A DNA stretch of 64,000 nt, from NCBI RefSeq assembly GCF_006345805.1, contig NC_043007.1, forward strand, positions 30,442,001 through 30,506,000. Reading direction: 5' to 3'. Positions 38,697-51,487 of the stretch are shown one piece after another. The translations under genes and the position numbers were made by a program. Under the pieces are notes generated by a model that saw nothing but the letters and a program-made list of their open reading frames with translations, had not been told where the DNA came from and ran no database searches. The DNA comes from Octopus sinensis. Lineage: Eukaryota. Numbering within the stretch: the stretch's first letter is position 1; each line of letters starts with the position of its first letter.

Positions 38697-40392
38697 AGTG
38701 AGAAGAATGGCAATACGAATACCGAATTCTTTTTAGATCCGCCGCTTTAGAGAATTTGCCATTTCGCAGAGTTACATTGTATTTAATCCTACCTTATTGA
38801 ACGTGTCCTTTTATGAAAATAATACAGTGTGATCTAGGAGAAACGTTTCTGCCATTTCTGGCTGGTTGGGTTACTATCTACTCGCTAGAAACTTTGGAGA
38901 CCTTCGTAGTGGCCATTTCCTTGATCTAAGTTTTAGAGAAATATTACTGCAGCACCCGTCTTGATTTTGGTGATCTGACAAGATAGACCACTTGTATTTC
39001 ATGAAGTCAAACTCATTCTGTGAAATAAAAATAAACTTTATTTTCTCCTGCCGTCGCGTCTAATCTTCATTACACCATTGTTTAGTTGATCGACCTCATT
39101 ATTTGTTATTGTTAAATCGCATGAAAACATCCATTGTTCATTTCCGTAGTGTGATGCTAAATAATCAAAGACAAATCGAACCAAATCTTCCTCCAGTTTC
39201 ACTGTCAGAAAGATCCAAATCATAATGGTACCTAGGAAAGTTGCGTCAGTGTTAACGATATTTGACATCCTTCCTTCACCCGGTTCCAGCTACCAGTTAC
39301 CATAGTGATCTATCCGATTGACACAGCAAAATCAATCGAAAGCTCCTATATTTTTCCGGATATGCAAAACTTTGCATTGATTTCAAATGGTAAATCATTC
39401 CGTGTATGTATCAATTACCGAAAATTGTGGAGTTCTACGGACTACTGAGGGAAGTTTGCAAAAACCACACCTGAGGACTAATAATTTCTTTCCAAGAAGT
39501 TGGCTACTGTATGTTACATCTTGAAAGAATGCAAAATAAGAGAAAATATTGGTGGTATATTGGAGATTCCTCTCACATTAATACCTAGTCTTTGGACAGA
39601 AGATGCCTTATATTAGGAGATGCATGGCAGATTGAAGTAGATTTTAATGGAATGGGAACATGGATCGAGAGTGGGCAGCCTGTTCGAGCCCCATTTGGCA
39701 CATTACGTTATTGCTGGTGATTGTTGTTGTTGTTGTCGTTGTTAAGCAACAAGACGGGTAAGGATAATTAGGTGATGGTTTAGGACTTAGGGGCGGGAGA
39801 TCCTAGACTATGGAAGAAAAAAAAAGCTTTGGTCGTCTTGTTGTAGTCGAGGGCTCTTCGTTAACACCCGGCACCACTGGGAGGTGGCCCTCGAAGTTGC
39901 TGGAAATGGAGATCTCCTGGTCCAAATTCTTGGACGGCTATTGCTGGTGATGGTGGTGCGGGTGGTGCGGGTGGCGATGGTGGTAGTGGGTAGAAGCTGA
40001 CAAACAATATTGTGCAAAACAACAAAAGGAAATTCTGGAACCGTTAAGGGCCTTCGATGAGGTTTAAACACTTTTCAGACAAAGAGAACCAAAAGCAACA
40101 AAAAACAACAACAACAACAAGTATCAAAATAACAACAGTAATGACAACAACAACTATGGCTACCACTCAAGAAAGATTGATGGAAAAGAACGGAGAACGG
40201 AAAGAGTTGCATAACACCGACTTTGTTCGTTGAGAGAGAAATCGAGAACGAGTTGACGGAGGATATAATTATATTTCAATGCATTAGCGAAAAGCGCAAA
40301 TACGTATGTGTGTGTGTGTGTGTGAGTATAAGTGTGTACGTGCGAGTTAATGTGTGAGTGTATGTATGAGTGAGTGTATTTGTGTATGTATT

Positions 40393-40896
40393 TGTGTATG
40401 TATATGTGTATGTGTGTACGTACGTATGCATGTGTGTACGTACATATACATGTATGTACGTATATATGTGTATATGTACGTATGTATGTGTGTATGTACG
40501 TATGTATGTGTGTACGTATGTATGTGTGTACGTACGTATGTATGTGTGTATGTACGTATGTATGTGTGTATGTACATATGTATGTGTGTATGTACGTATG
40601 CGTGTATGTACGTATGTGTGTATATACGTATGTATGTGTGTGTGTACGTATGTATGTGTGTACGTACGTATGTATGTGTGTATGTACGTATGTATGTGTG
40701 TATGTACATATGTATGTGTGTATGTACGTATGCGTGTATGTACGTATGTGTGTATATACGTGTGTATGTGTATGTACGTATGTATGTGTGTATGTACGTA
40801 TGTATGTGTGTATGTACGTATGTATGTGTGTACGTATGTGTGCATGTACGTATGTATGTGTGTATGTACGTATGTATGTGTGTATGCATGTATATG
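40393..40896. repeat. Alternating purine/pyrimidine minisatellite (TATGTACG/TATGTGTG units) with a 132-nt internal duplication
   Basis: GTACATATG at 40572 and 40704; TGCGTG at 40599 and 40731. Confidence 0.9.
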
Positions 40897-41161
40897 ATGT
40901 AAGTATGCATGTGTTAATATATAAATACATAACACACACACATGTATATATGTATATGTTAATATAAGCATATATATGTATTTATATATTTACATATATA
41001 TATATATGTGTGTGTGTGCTTGTGTTTCTTTGTATATCTATTTATTTATCAATGCATGTATATATATATGTGCATGTATGTGTGTACACACACACACACA
41101 TATATATAATATATATATATATATATAAATGCAGACGCATGTGAGAGTGTGTGCGTATGAA

Positions 41162-41192
<31 letters not shown>

Positions 41193-41985
41193 CAACGTAA
41201 ATAAATATATGCATAATATTATGTGTATATTTATGTGTGTGTGTGCGTACGCGATTTGGTCCGTGAGTGCTTGTGTGTATAAATGGATGAAAAAAATTTC
41301 TGCACAGAGAGAAAATAAATATTTGAGATATCTTTGGGATGGAAAGTAAAAAGAAATAATAAGAAAAGAAAAGAACGGTAAACGAAGTAGCTGTGAGCCG
41401 GGAGTATTTTAGTTAAGCTTTAGATATTGAGAGACAGAACGACATTAGATTAATGATGAAAAACGGTGTTTGGCGAAAATAAATACTATTATTAACTTGA
41501 CCCTTTCATTGTGAAGTATTGTAAAAGAAGACGAGGTGACTTCTCTCGCTAGAAGATAACAAATTGATGGATTTAATAACTAATGGAATTAATAAAGAAA
41601 AAAGGAAGAACCGAGCATTATTAAATAAGAAAAAAGAAATAAAAGTAGTATCTGTGAAGCGGGGAAAATGATAAGGAAAAACGAGAAAATCCATGCATTG
41701 ACAGCGTTCACCAGCGAAGACACCTAGAGTGGAGGATTCACTTCAAAACCTGTATTGGTGTGTAGTGGTATGGATGTGTGCGTGTGTGTATCTATGGATG
41801 TTTAAGTGTGTGTATGTGTGTGATGCATGTATATACGTATGGATGGATAAATGAATGTAAGGCTGTATTGATATATGGATGTGCTTCTGTATTTATACCC
41901 CTTAGTATCGCCTAATTCTCATCATATATACAAGAATACATGCCTATATACACATACACAAATATATATATATATCTATGTTATG

Positions 41986-42028
<43 letters not shown>

Positions 42029-42085
42029 GTGTTTGTGCGTGTGTGTCAAATATAAACATATGTATGTATGTATGTATAGATGAAT

Positions 42086-42133
<48 letters not shown>

Positions 42134-42429
42134 CGTAGTTACACATGTTAGCAGAAGTATACATAATTCCAAATCTACACAAAAGGATACAACCATTTCC
42201 ACATTCCTGCATGTCCGCTGCATAATTAGCCTTTCCTTCTCTCCACCCACTCACTCACTCTCTCCTTTATTTCTTCATATATATTATGAGTGTGTGTGTC
42301 TGTGTGTGTGAAAGATGTAAGTAGGCCTGTGTATGCATGCGTGTCTGTATCTACGTATCTACTGTTTATATAAGAAGACTAATTACGCTAAGATATATTT
42401 TCCAACATGATTTAATGCGAGTAATTGAG

Positions 42430-42880
42430 GATATTACAAATATCTTGGAAAGCATTTGCATGTCAGCTATGTCGGTCTCATAAAGAGAGGCTGTCAGCTA
42501 CGTCACTCAATAAGGAAAGGGCGAGGAAGGAGCCCCTCAGGAGGGTAAAAAATCTATAAAGAAATATGGTCGTCTGAGCCCTCAGCTTACTACAGGTATA
42601 TTGCTTACGACACTCTTGCAGGCCCTGTCCTCACAACCACATTTGGCCTTCTGAACTATACACTACAAGAACTCAGATACGTGATGGAACACGCAAGCTC
42701 TTCCGTATTACAGGAAACTTCAACGGCAATGGGCACGTAGCTAGGCTATACATGCCACGCAAGGATGGTGGTCGTTTTCGCAAATCTGTATTGATGTCAT
42801 ATGAAGCACGTATTGTGAAAATGCTACATCTGCAGCAGAGGAAGGAGACCAGGAACTATCTTGCTCGAGTTTGGGACCAC
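42430..42880 (+). pseudogene. R4/Dong-type RT thumb-region fragment
   Basis: YKYLG...IWSSEPSAYYRYIAYDTLAGPVLTTTFGLLNYTLQEL / TRKLFRITGNFNGNGHVARLYMPRKDGGR, matching YKYLG and RLYxPRKxGGR. Confidence 0.85.
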
Positions 42881-43149
42881 AAAATAATCAAAAACATAAT
42901 CAGGATTGTCAATGAACTTAAGGAGTGATATGAAATAAAAGCTGATATATCTCTCTCTCCATGTAACATTTGTAACTTCTATTTATCAAAAGAACAAAAT
43001 GTAAAAAAAGTGGACCGTTTCACTGAGAAGGTAATAAATAGGTGCGTGGTACAAAAGACAAATCATAGGTGGAATTGATAATATCAAAATTCTTAGCATG
43101 GAGTACTAACAAGTTTATGAGGTCCCACCTCGAAGTCAACCTGCCTCCA

Positions 43150-43300
43150 ATTGAAGAAAATGACGTCAGCCACCAAGTATTTGCAGCTTTCAAAGCAGAT
43201 AACATTGATGGGCAACAGATGTAGGTTGTGCAAAACTAAGATTGAAGTCATCAACCACATTCTTGCCAAATGCTACAAAATGATATTATCTTTCTATGAG
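43150..43300 (+). pseudogene. CCHC zinc knuckle of an RLE-type non-LTR element (continuation of 42430-42880)
   Basis: MGNRCRLCKTKIEVINHILAKCYKM = C-x2-C-x7-H-x4-C. Confidence 0.75.
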
Positions 43301-43626
43301 ATAATGGTGCGATGGCCAGGACAGTCTTGGACGGACAAAGTGGACTCTATTGAGACCGATGGATCAAAAGAATATTGAAGGAACTTAAGAATTAAAACAG
43401 TCACTCCCTTAAAACCACAACTGGCCAGATAATGTTGTCTGGGATCACAAAGAAAAAGGAAGTCGTGGAAATCAGCAGCCGTCAGGAGAGTAATATATAG
43501 AAAAATGCAAGAGGACATCTATCGAAATTAAATGAAAAAGACAACATACATGCATACATGCCTATGTATTCATTTATGACCCTATGTATGTATGTATATA
43601 TGTATGTATGTATATATGTATATATG

Positions 43627-43660
<34 letters not shown>

Positions 43661-43712
43661 TGTCTCGCTTTGTCTTTCTCTCTCTCTCTCTCTCTCTCCA
43701 TATATATATATA

Positions 43713-44124
43713 TACTCTTTACTTTTTACTCTTTTACTTGTTTCAGTCATTTGACTGCGGCCATGCTGGAGCACCGCCTTTAGTCGAGCAAATCGACCCC
43801 GGAACTTATTCTTTGTAAGCCCAGTACTTATTCTATCGGTCTCTTTTGCCGAACCGCAAAGTGACGGGGATGTAAACACACCAGCATCGGTTGTCAGGAA
43901 ATGCTAGGGGGACAAACACAGACACACAAACACATACACACACATATATATATACATATATACGACAGGCTTCTTTCAGTTTCCGTCTACCAAATCCACT
44001 CACAAGGCATTGGTTGGCCCGGGGCTATAGCAGAAGACACTTGCCCAAGATGCCACGCAGTGGGACCGAACCCGGAACCATGTGGTTCGTTAGCAAGCTA
44101 CTTACCACACAGCCACTCTGCGCC
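43713..44124 (-). mobile_element. SINE family A, best-preserved copy, with AAAAGAGT-type tail repeats
   Basis: Minus head GGCGCAGAGTGGCTGTGTGGTAAG...GGGTTCGGTCCCACTGCG; tail GACTGAAACAAGTAAAAGAGTAAAAAGTAAAGAGT. Confidence 0.92.
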
Positions 44125-44198
<74 letters not shown>

Positions 44199-44799
44199 TA
44201 TATATATATATATACACACATTATATATGTTTTATAGTATACATATACGTATGATATGAATATGTGTGTGTATATATATATATAAACTCACACACACACA
44301 CTCATATACATATATATTGACATTACCGACACAGTTGAACGAAGAGTATTAGTACATTAGACACCATCATTGTCCACTATAATTATGTCATTTATGGAAG
44401 AAGCCGCTGGAATAAATAACCACGTTCTGTATTTTATTGGGAACGGAACAGTTGCGGTAAAAATAAATATATAAACAAAAGCAAACAGACCACAAAATAC
44501 ATAAAATAATAGCAAGGGCGGAACATATATATTTGTGGCGGTTGGTTCTATATATTTCTATCAATGGATATATGCAGTCAGTGAAATATGAAGTGAATCA
44601 TTATTAGTGATAAGTGTGATATGATAAACAGTAATCACAGTGGCACGAGCAACGATATGAAGAGTGGGAAGAACGGTGGTAGGAGGCTGTCGATAAGTTA
44701 CAGGGTCAGCTTTTAGAGATTGGATATTGACTGTTACTTGGACGAGGAGAACTGACATATTATTTATCTATCTGTGTGTATATATATATATATAAATAA

Positions 44800-44999
44800 T
44801 CCCAAAAAGAACGAAGAAAAAACACAAGAAAAAATCAAGAACACCAAGATGTGGTACGTGCAAAGTATTAATAAGACGCTCAGAGAAGGAAAATAAGGTA
44901 GTCTTGCGTTTCGAGCACAGTTCTCCGTCGGAAACAGGAGACAGAGGAAAGTCCAAGAGAAAAGGAAGACGGAGAGAAACAATCGCCAACGATCCACGT

Positions 45000-45000
<1 letters not shown>
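44800..45000 (-). mobile_element. Penelope-like terminal relic with decayed hammerhead motif
   Basis: Minus CCGACGG-AGAAC-TGT-GCTC-GAAAC-GCAAGAC at 44901-44931 resembles the CCGACGA...GAAAC motif at 4754-4775. Confidence 0.4.
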
Positions 45001-45033
<33 letters not shown>

Positions 45034-45043
45034 ATATTTCTGT

Positions 45044-45262
45044 ACTGTACTTGTTTCAGTCATTTGACTGCGGCCATGCTGGAGCACCGCCTTTTAGAGT
45101 GGTGAAAGAGTACAGCAGGGATCACCACCTCCTGCCGGAGCCTCGTGGAGCTTTTAGGTGTTTTCGCTCAATAAACACACACAACGCCCGGTCTGGGAAT
45201 CGAAACCGCGATCCTCCGACCGCAAGTCCGCTGCCCTAACCACTAGGCCATTGCGCCTCCAC
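45044..45262 (-). mobile_element. Chimera: SINE family C head (45099-45262) joined to SINE family A tail (45044-45094)
   Basis: 45099-45262 matches 19067-19224; 45051-45094 matches the family A tail TTGTTTCAGTCATTTGACTGCGGCCATGCTGGAGCACCGCCTTT. Confidence 0.85.
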
Positions 45263-45387
45263 AATATATATATATATTTAATATATATACACATGTGCAT
45301 AAATGGATACAGGACGTCACCAACAGTAAGCAACATGAGATACATACAAACATACATACATACACATACACACACGCATATATATAG

Positions 45388-45464
<77 letters not shown>

Positions 45465-45483
45465 TACAGACAGACAGACAGAG

Positions 45484-45516
<33 letters not shown>

Positions 45517-45669
45517 TACAGACAGACAGACAGAGAAACAGAGAGATATATAAATAGATAGGTGTAGTCCTGCAGAGCACTGTATATAATAGTCTCGTGA
45601 TCTTACTAACATGATTATTATGATGATCATCATCATCGTCACCATCACTATTATCATTATTATTACATG

Positions 45670-46130
45670 CTATATTAGTCAGGAGGGACGTTATCTTGAG
45701 GTCTAGTGACGACACGTCTTCTCAAATCTCAAGAATATTTCTTGATATTCTTGCAAATTATAGGATTGCCATTCTTCTGAATGCTGACAATGCGAATCTC
45801 AATTGCGATATCTCGCGGTCTCTTGACGGTTTGTGCGTTGCACCAACTGCACCAAATACCGCAAGAATAATTGTCGCTTTAGTCTTGCATGATCTCTTCA
45901 TCTCTCTCTGCTAGATCCTGATTTCTCTTTGATATCCATTCCATCATCATTTGGCATTGCAAAGTCCAAGATTTTATATCATTTGTTTCTTTTGCCTTCT
46001 ATAATATCTTCTCAGTCTTTGTGGTGAAATATCCCCTAAAATCCTAAAATCCTAATTCTCTATCACAACCTCCAGCTCATATTCATACCATTTTCCTGTT
46101 ACTTTCACTCCGAACAAAACTCTCAATGAA
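45670..46130 (-). mobile_element. R4/Dong-type element 3' end (RLE domain), ending at a TAA-like array
   Basis: Minus frames KVTGKWYEYELEVVIEN / KILDFAMPNDD / AVFGAVGA / IRIVSIQK..IL..ARISRNILEI*. Confidence 0.75.
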
Positions 46131-47839
46131 TGCCTTTATGTATATAAATATTTTTATGGTTCGTACTTTTACTCAAGGGATGGTTTATGCTTTCATCTTT
46201 CACACAAATTTTTCACCTGTCTGTATTTAAGTATGTATATATGCATATGCAATCTCAAACACCTTCTGATTTCCATCTTTAAGTGCCAGATCAGGCTATA
46301 AGTTACACGCCAACCTCCTGAAAACATATCCTCCTGCCAAAAGCCAAATATCATTCAGGATGGATCATTTAATTTGTCATTCAACCTGCTAGAAATAGCA
46401 GTTACGTTTTCCTTAAGGATTATCCTACTCTATTTAAACGGGAAGGTGTACTGGATAATTTAACCCTAGATACACCATCTCTGGGAGAAGGGTAGGCTAG
46501 TCATCGCTGAATAGCATTTCATCTTCAGTCTGTTAATTCAAATTATGAAGGCTAATTCAAACTCTAACAGAAACACCACCAACACAATGATTAGCATGTC
46601 AATGATGGATCCCATATACGGTCATTTGCACTGAATCTGTTAAGACAAGATGGTTATGAATGGATTGCTTTTGATCATAAGTTGCTCAGTCTCGGCTTTT
46701 CTCGTGCTAAACAAATGTAACAACACAAACAAAACATTGTGTAATAAAGATAGAGACTGTATGAGGTCACCTATTTTGCTAGAAATAGTGAACAATTCTA
46801 CCTCATATCGTTAAAAAGTAATTTAGCAACTCGATGCATTTTCTTTCCAGTAAAGACGCCATGATAACAGCAGGAATTCTGGTTATATGTCAGCCGCATC
46901 AGTGGTGGCTTTGTGAAAATCAGCGTAAGCAACAATGCTGTCACCATCTTCACTGACCAACGAGGGAGTCTTCAACGAAGACCTACCCTACTGAAATAAT
47001 AACGGAAACTCCCTCAAACCACATTCAATCCTAGAGTGTTCATGGAGTCCAGACAAAGACTACATGGTCCTAGCCAGAACACATTTCTTGTTCGCTCTTC
47101 TGTAAAGTGACAGAGCTGAGGACTTAACAATCCCAACGAATATACGAGGACCACTAATCGATAGGTGAGACCTATCGAAACTGTGAACTGTAAAAGAATG
47201 TTGATGTTTCCATAGAGAATTTTGACTAGGGAGGAACTGAGCTACTAAGGTGGTCAGAAATAAATAGAGGCATGCTAGTGTAGGGAGGAGGTTTAGCTTG
47301 CAAATACACCGCCTCAGGTTCAGTCCCTGTGTGAGCTAACTTGAGCAAGTAATATATTCTAATTTAGCTCCGGGTCGGAAGTTAAAATTTTAGTAAAATT
47401 TAATTGATGAAAACTGTAAGGAATCCTGCAATCGGTCATCCATCAACTGCATCAATTTTTGAAGTTATATATTAAATGTTTTGAAATGCTAAACTATTTT
47501 TGATAAACGAACCAAAAGAAAAAGAAAGAACAGTATAAAAGAAAGTTTCTTTAATCTTTTCAGACATTCTAATCTATTTTTGTTAAATGCTTCGAGGATA
47601 TATTTATTATTAGATTCATTTTCTGAAGCAAAACATAGCGATGAGGAAAAAAAAATTTATGAAAGAAACGTTTATGTTATTATAGAAATGATAAATGTTA
47701 ATTTAAAAGAAAAGTAAATTAATTTATTACAAATACATACAGATAAATAAAAACTTCTTTCCTAATTATTTTAATGAAATACTTAAGAACCGTGCGTTGA
47801 ACATTTCCAGCAATGAATGCGGAGTAACCAACGAAATAT

Positions 47840-47883
<44 letters not shown>

Positions 47884-48712
47884 TACACATGTGTTTGTGT
47901 AAACATATATGTATGTATCTGTATTTATATGTGTATGTATGCATATGCCAGTGTATGAGAGTGTGTATATCTCGCTACATGAGCAACAAGATGAATTTCA
48001 TTTCTCGATGGCTACAGAAGATTGATAATTCGTTGCCTAACGTGGTTATAGCAGTAGACATTATACAACAGAAGACATTTATCTTCCAGTGAATGGTTCA
48101 CTTAACATACCTGAAAATACGAAGCAGATCTGCTGCGGAAATGAAGAGGAATCTACGGGTGGATTTGAATAGATTTGCTGCAGAGAGGCAACAAGAACTG
48201 ATGGGATTGACAAAGCTAATTCGTTCTAAACGTTACTATACCCCAAGGGACGGGTTGGTTATAACGTTCATGATATCAATGGAAAACCTAGTCAGGTTAT
48301 CCATGTTATTAGACATGAACTCTCAAATGCAACTAATAATGCAAATATATTACTAGAAACATAACAGCTTAGGAACTGCAAACAGCGGGAGCACACACTA
48401 ATTAGAGTGCACGGGAGTTTCATTAACTTTCGGTGATGAACTTCGATGGTTGTAGCCTAAAGGTAACTGATATGAGAAATGAGTGGAGACTTACAAAAGA
48501 GAAATTACGATATATTTAGATAATAACTCTTTCTCTCCCTCTCTATCTATCTATCTGTCTGTCCGTTTATCTACCCGTTTATCTATTTATCAATACACAC
48601 ACATACACACTCGTATATATTGTTTTATATATATATACATATGTTTGTGTGTATATAAACACATATATACACATATTTATACGTATATATACATATATAT
48701 AAATACACCCTT

Positions 48713-48745
<33 letters not shown>

Positions 48746-48748
48746 AAC

Positions 48749-48799
<51 letters not shown>

Positions 48800-48959
48800 A
48801 TGTGTGTATGTATTGTTATATTTGGGGATTGTATTATTTTGGCCAATTAAATACATTCTGAGCTTTATTATATTATTATTATTATTATTATTAAGTAACC
48901 CGTTTCAACACACGTTTTCACTTTAGGAATATTGTAAAACAAACACATTCATACATTTG

Positions 48960-49005
<46 letters not shown>

Positions 49006-50366
49006 ATATATATATATATATTATATATATATATATGTGTGGTGTATATATATAATATATATATATATTACACACACATATATATATATGTGTATACAGT
49101 CACATATATATACACACGTATATACACACACACACACATATATATATATGTATGTATCCAGTCACACATATATACACACGTATGTATAAATTCTTTTCTT
49201 CTCCCATTCTCTCCTAACGTACTTTATTCAGACAATCCCGTGTAACTTCCATTTTGTTTTTTCTCTTATATTTCCCGACATTCTTTCTTCCTTTCTTTCT
49301 TTCTTTCTTTTGCATGATATCGATCGATCAATGTAGAGTAGATGCGAATCTATGGCTTATCACAGCAGCAGCCAAACCTCCTCACTGGATACACTTCAGA
49401 TCAATATTCTGTTCCCTTACCAATTCCGATGAGGTTTTTGTTGCGTTATACACCACAAACATATCGATATATCAATTACTACTTAACGATTTGATTGACT
49501 CATAAAACATGTCTGCTTACAACATCGTAAACGGTTTTGTGCGATTTAATTTACGCTCGTTTATTTGAACAACTGCATAAATGTGTGTGTGTGTGTGTGT
49601 GTGTATTTCAATATTAGACATTCTCACTATTTTTTCCTCTCTGTGTACACACACAAACGCACACGCACGCATACACACACACTCACAAATGCATGCATAT
49701 ATGAAAGAGAGAGAAAATGAGAGGGAATGTTTAACATAGAAACAAACATCCACCACGTTATTTATCTCCCTACCCCACCACTCTTTTATTTATGTATTTA
49801 TATATATAGATATATATATGTATATACACAGACATATAAATACTACATATACATAACTGCTTCTATTTATGTGTGTGTGTATATATATATACACATATAC
49901 GCATGTATATATTCATTATCTCCCTCCCCTCTATATATGTGTGAGTGTGCATAAGTGCGTGTGTGTGTGTATTTACAGACCACTCACACATATATACATA
50001 TAATAGGTTATCGTAGTATGTTTCAAGTATTATTTAAATGGGGAGAAATTTGATTGAGATAGCCTCGACGTCAAAACGTCCAAAGAAAAGGAATGCAAAC
50101 AAAATGGAAGGCAAACTCCAGGTTTAAAATTTGACCTTCCATCTGGATATTCATGCATTCTTAATGAGGGATCTTTATCCAAAGTATAAGAATAAATATT
50201 TGTTGTGGAAATGTTTTCTTCTTACTTTTATGATTCTCAGTTTTACCATTCTTTTGACGGTTACAGGCAGCGGAGATTGTCGCTAATTCAGTTACCAGAG
50301 TAACAGAGAATTCAAAGAAGTCTTTCAGTCGGTCTGCTGGTCTGTCTGTCTCTCTCGCGTATTTAC

Positions 50367-50421
<55 letters not shown>

Positions 50422-50544
50422 ATATATTAGCCATAAAATCATCCGCGATGTACTGAGTGCGCGATAGGTGAACAATGATACGGCGAGAGATTACTCAATA
50501 TATAGACAAACAGATAGATACATACACACACACACACACATACA

Positions 50545-50738
50545 CACCAGCATCGGTTGTCAAGTGCTGGGGCGGGGGGCACAAGCACAGACACAGAAAT
50601 ACATAACGTCGGGATTCTTTCAGTTCCCGTCTACCAAATCCAAAAATAAGGACGGCCCTAGGCTAAAGTAGAATATATTTACCCAAGATGCCACACAGTG
50701 GGACTGAACCTGGAACCATGTGGTTGGGAAGCAAGTTT
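50545..50738 (-). mobile_element. Partial SINE family A
   Basis: CACCAGCATCGGTTGTCAAG...CTTTCAGTTCCCGTCTACCAAATC...GGGACTGAACCTGGAACCATGTGG. Confidence 0.8.
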
Positions 50739-51370
50739 GTGTGTATATATTCATGCACACACACGCACACACACACACACATATATATATATATGTATAC
50801 GACGAGCTTCTTTCGGTTTTGCTTTCCTCAGTTCACTAGAAATGGTTTGGTTGGCTGAATTACTTGTCCAACAGATGAACCCTGGGACTGAACTCGGAAC
50901 TCTGAGGTTGAGAAACTGGTTTCTTAGCGCAGCACGCGCTTTATTAATGCTATGTTCGGGGTTCTACGCTGATGCAATAAATGACTTTTGTATGAAGGTA
51001 AATAGATGCGGGTGGGGACTGGGTATATATAGGGTAAAATAAGATTCGGTGATGGTAGACAGTGAACGAGGAGAAATACCTATGAGAGAGAAAGAGACGA
51101 AAGAAGAAGTGTTGCTGGTGATGACGATGATGATGATGATGACGATGATGATGATGATGATGACGATGGAGATTAAAGTGGAGGGAAACCTGAGCCGTGG
51201 GTAAATAATATAGCTGCAGTCAATAATATAATCTAAATCATATGCTGTGTACCATTCTCTCTCTCTGTCTCTGTCTATCCTTGACGTGAGTGTGAAGACG
51301 TGAGCGTGCGTGGGTGCATGTGTACAAGACCACGACCGTAAGTGAGTATGTTTGCTTCTATGTATGTGTG

Positions 51371-51409
<39 letters not shown>

Positions 51410-51447
51410 GCTCCTGCTATGTGCTCGTGTATACATTACACACACAG

Positions 51448-51487
<40 letters not shown>

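Noticed and set aside
47151-47185. TCGATAGG-TGAGA-CCTATCGA hairpin followed by AAC
   Set aside because: Upstream CUGANGA core is absent (CACTAATC); at best a decayed relic.
49358-49365. TATCACAG miR-2 family seed
   Set aside because: The remainder does not match miR-2 and no hairpin partner was found.
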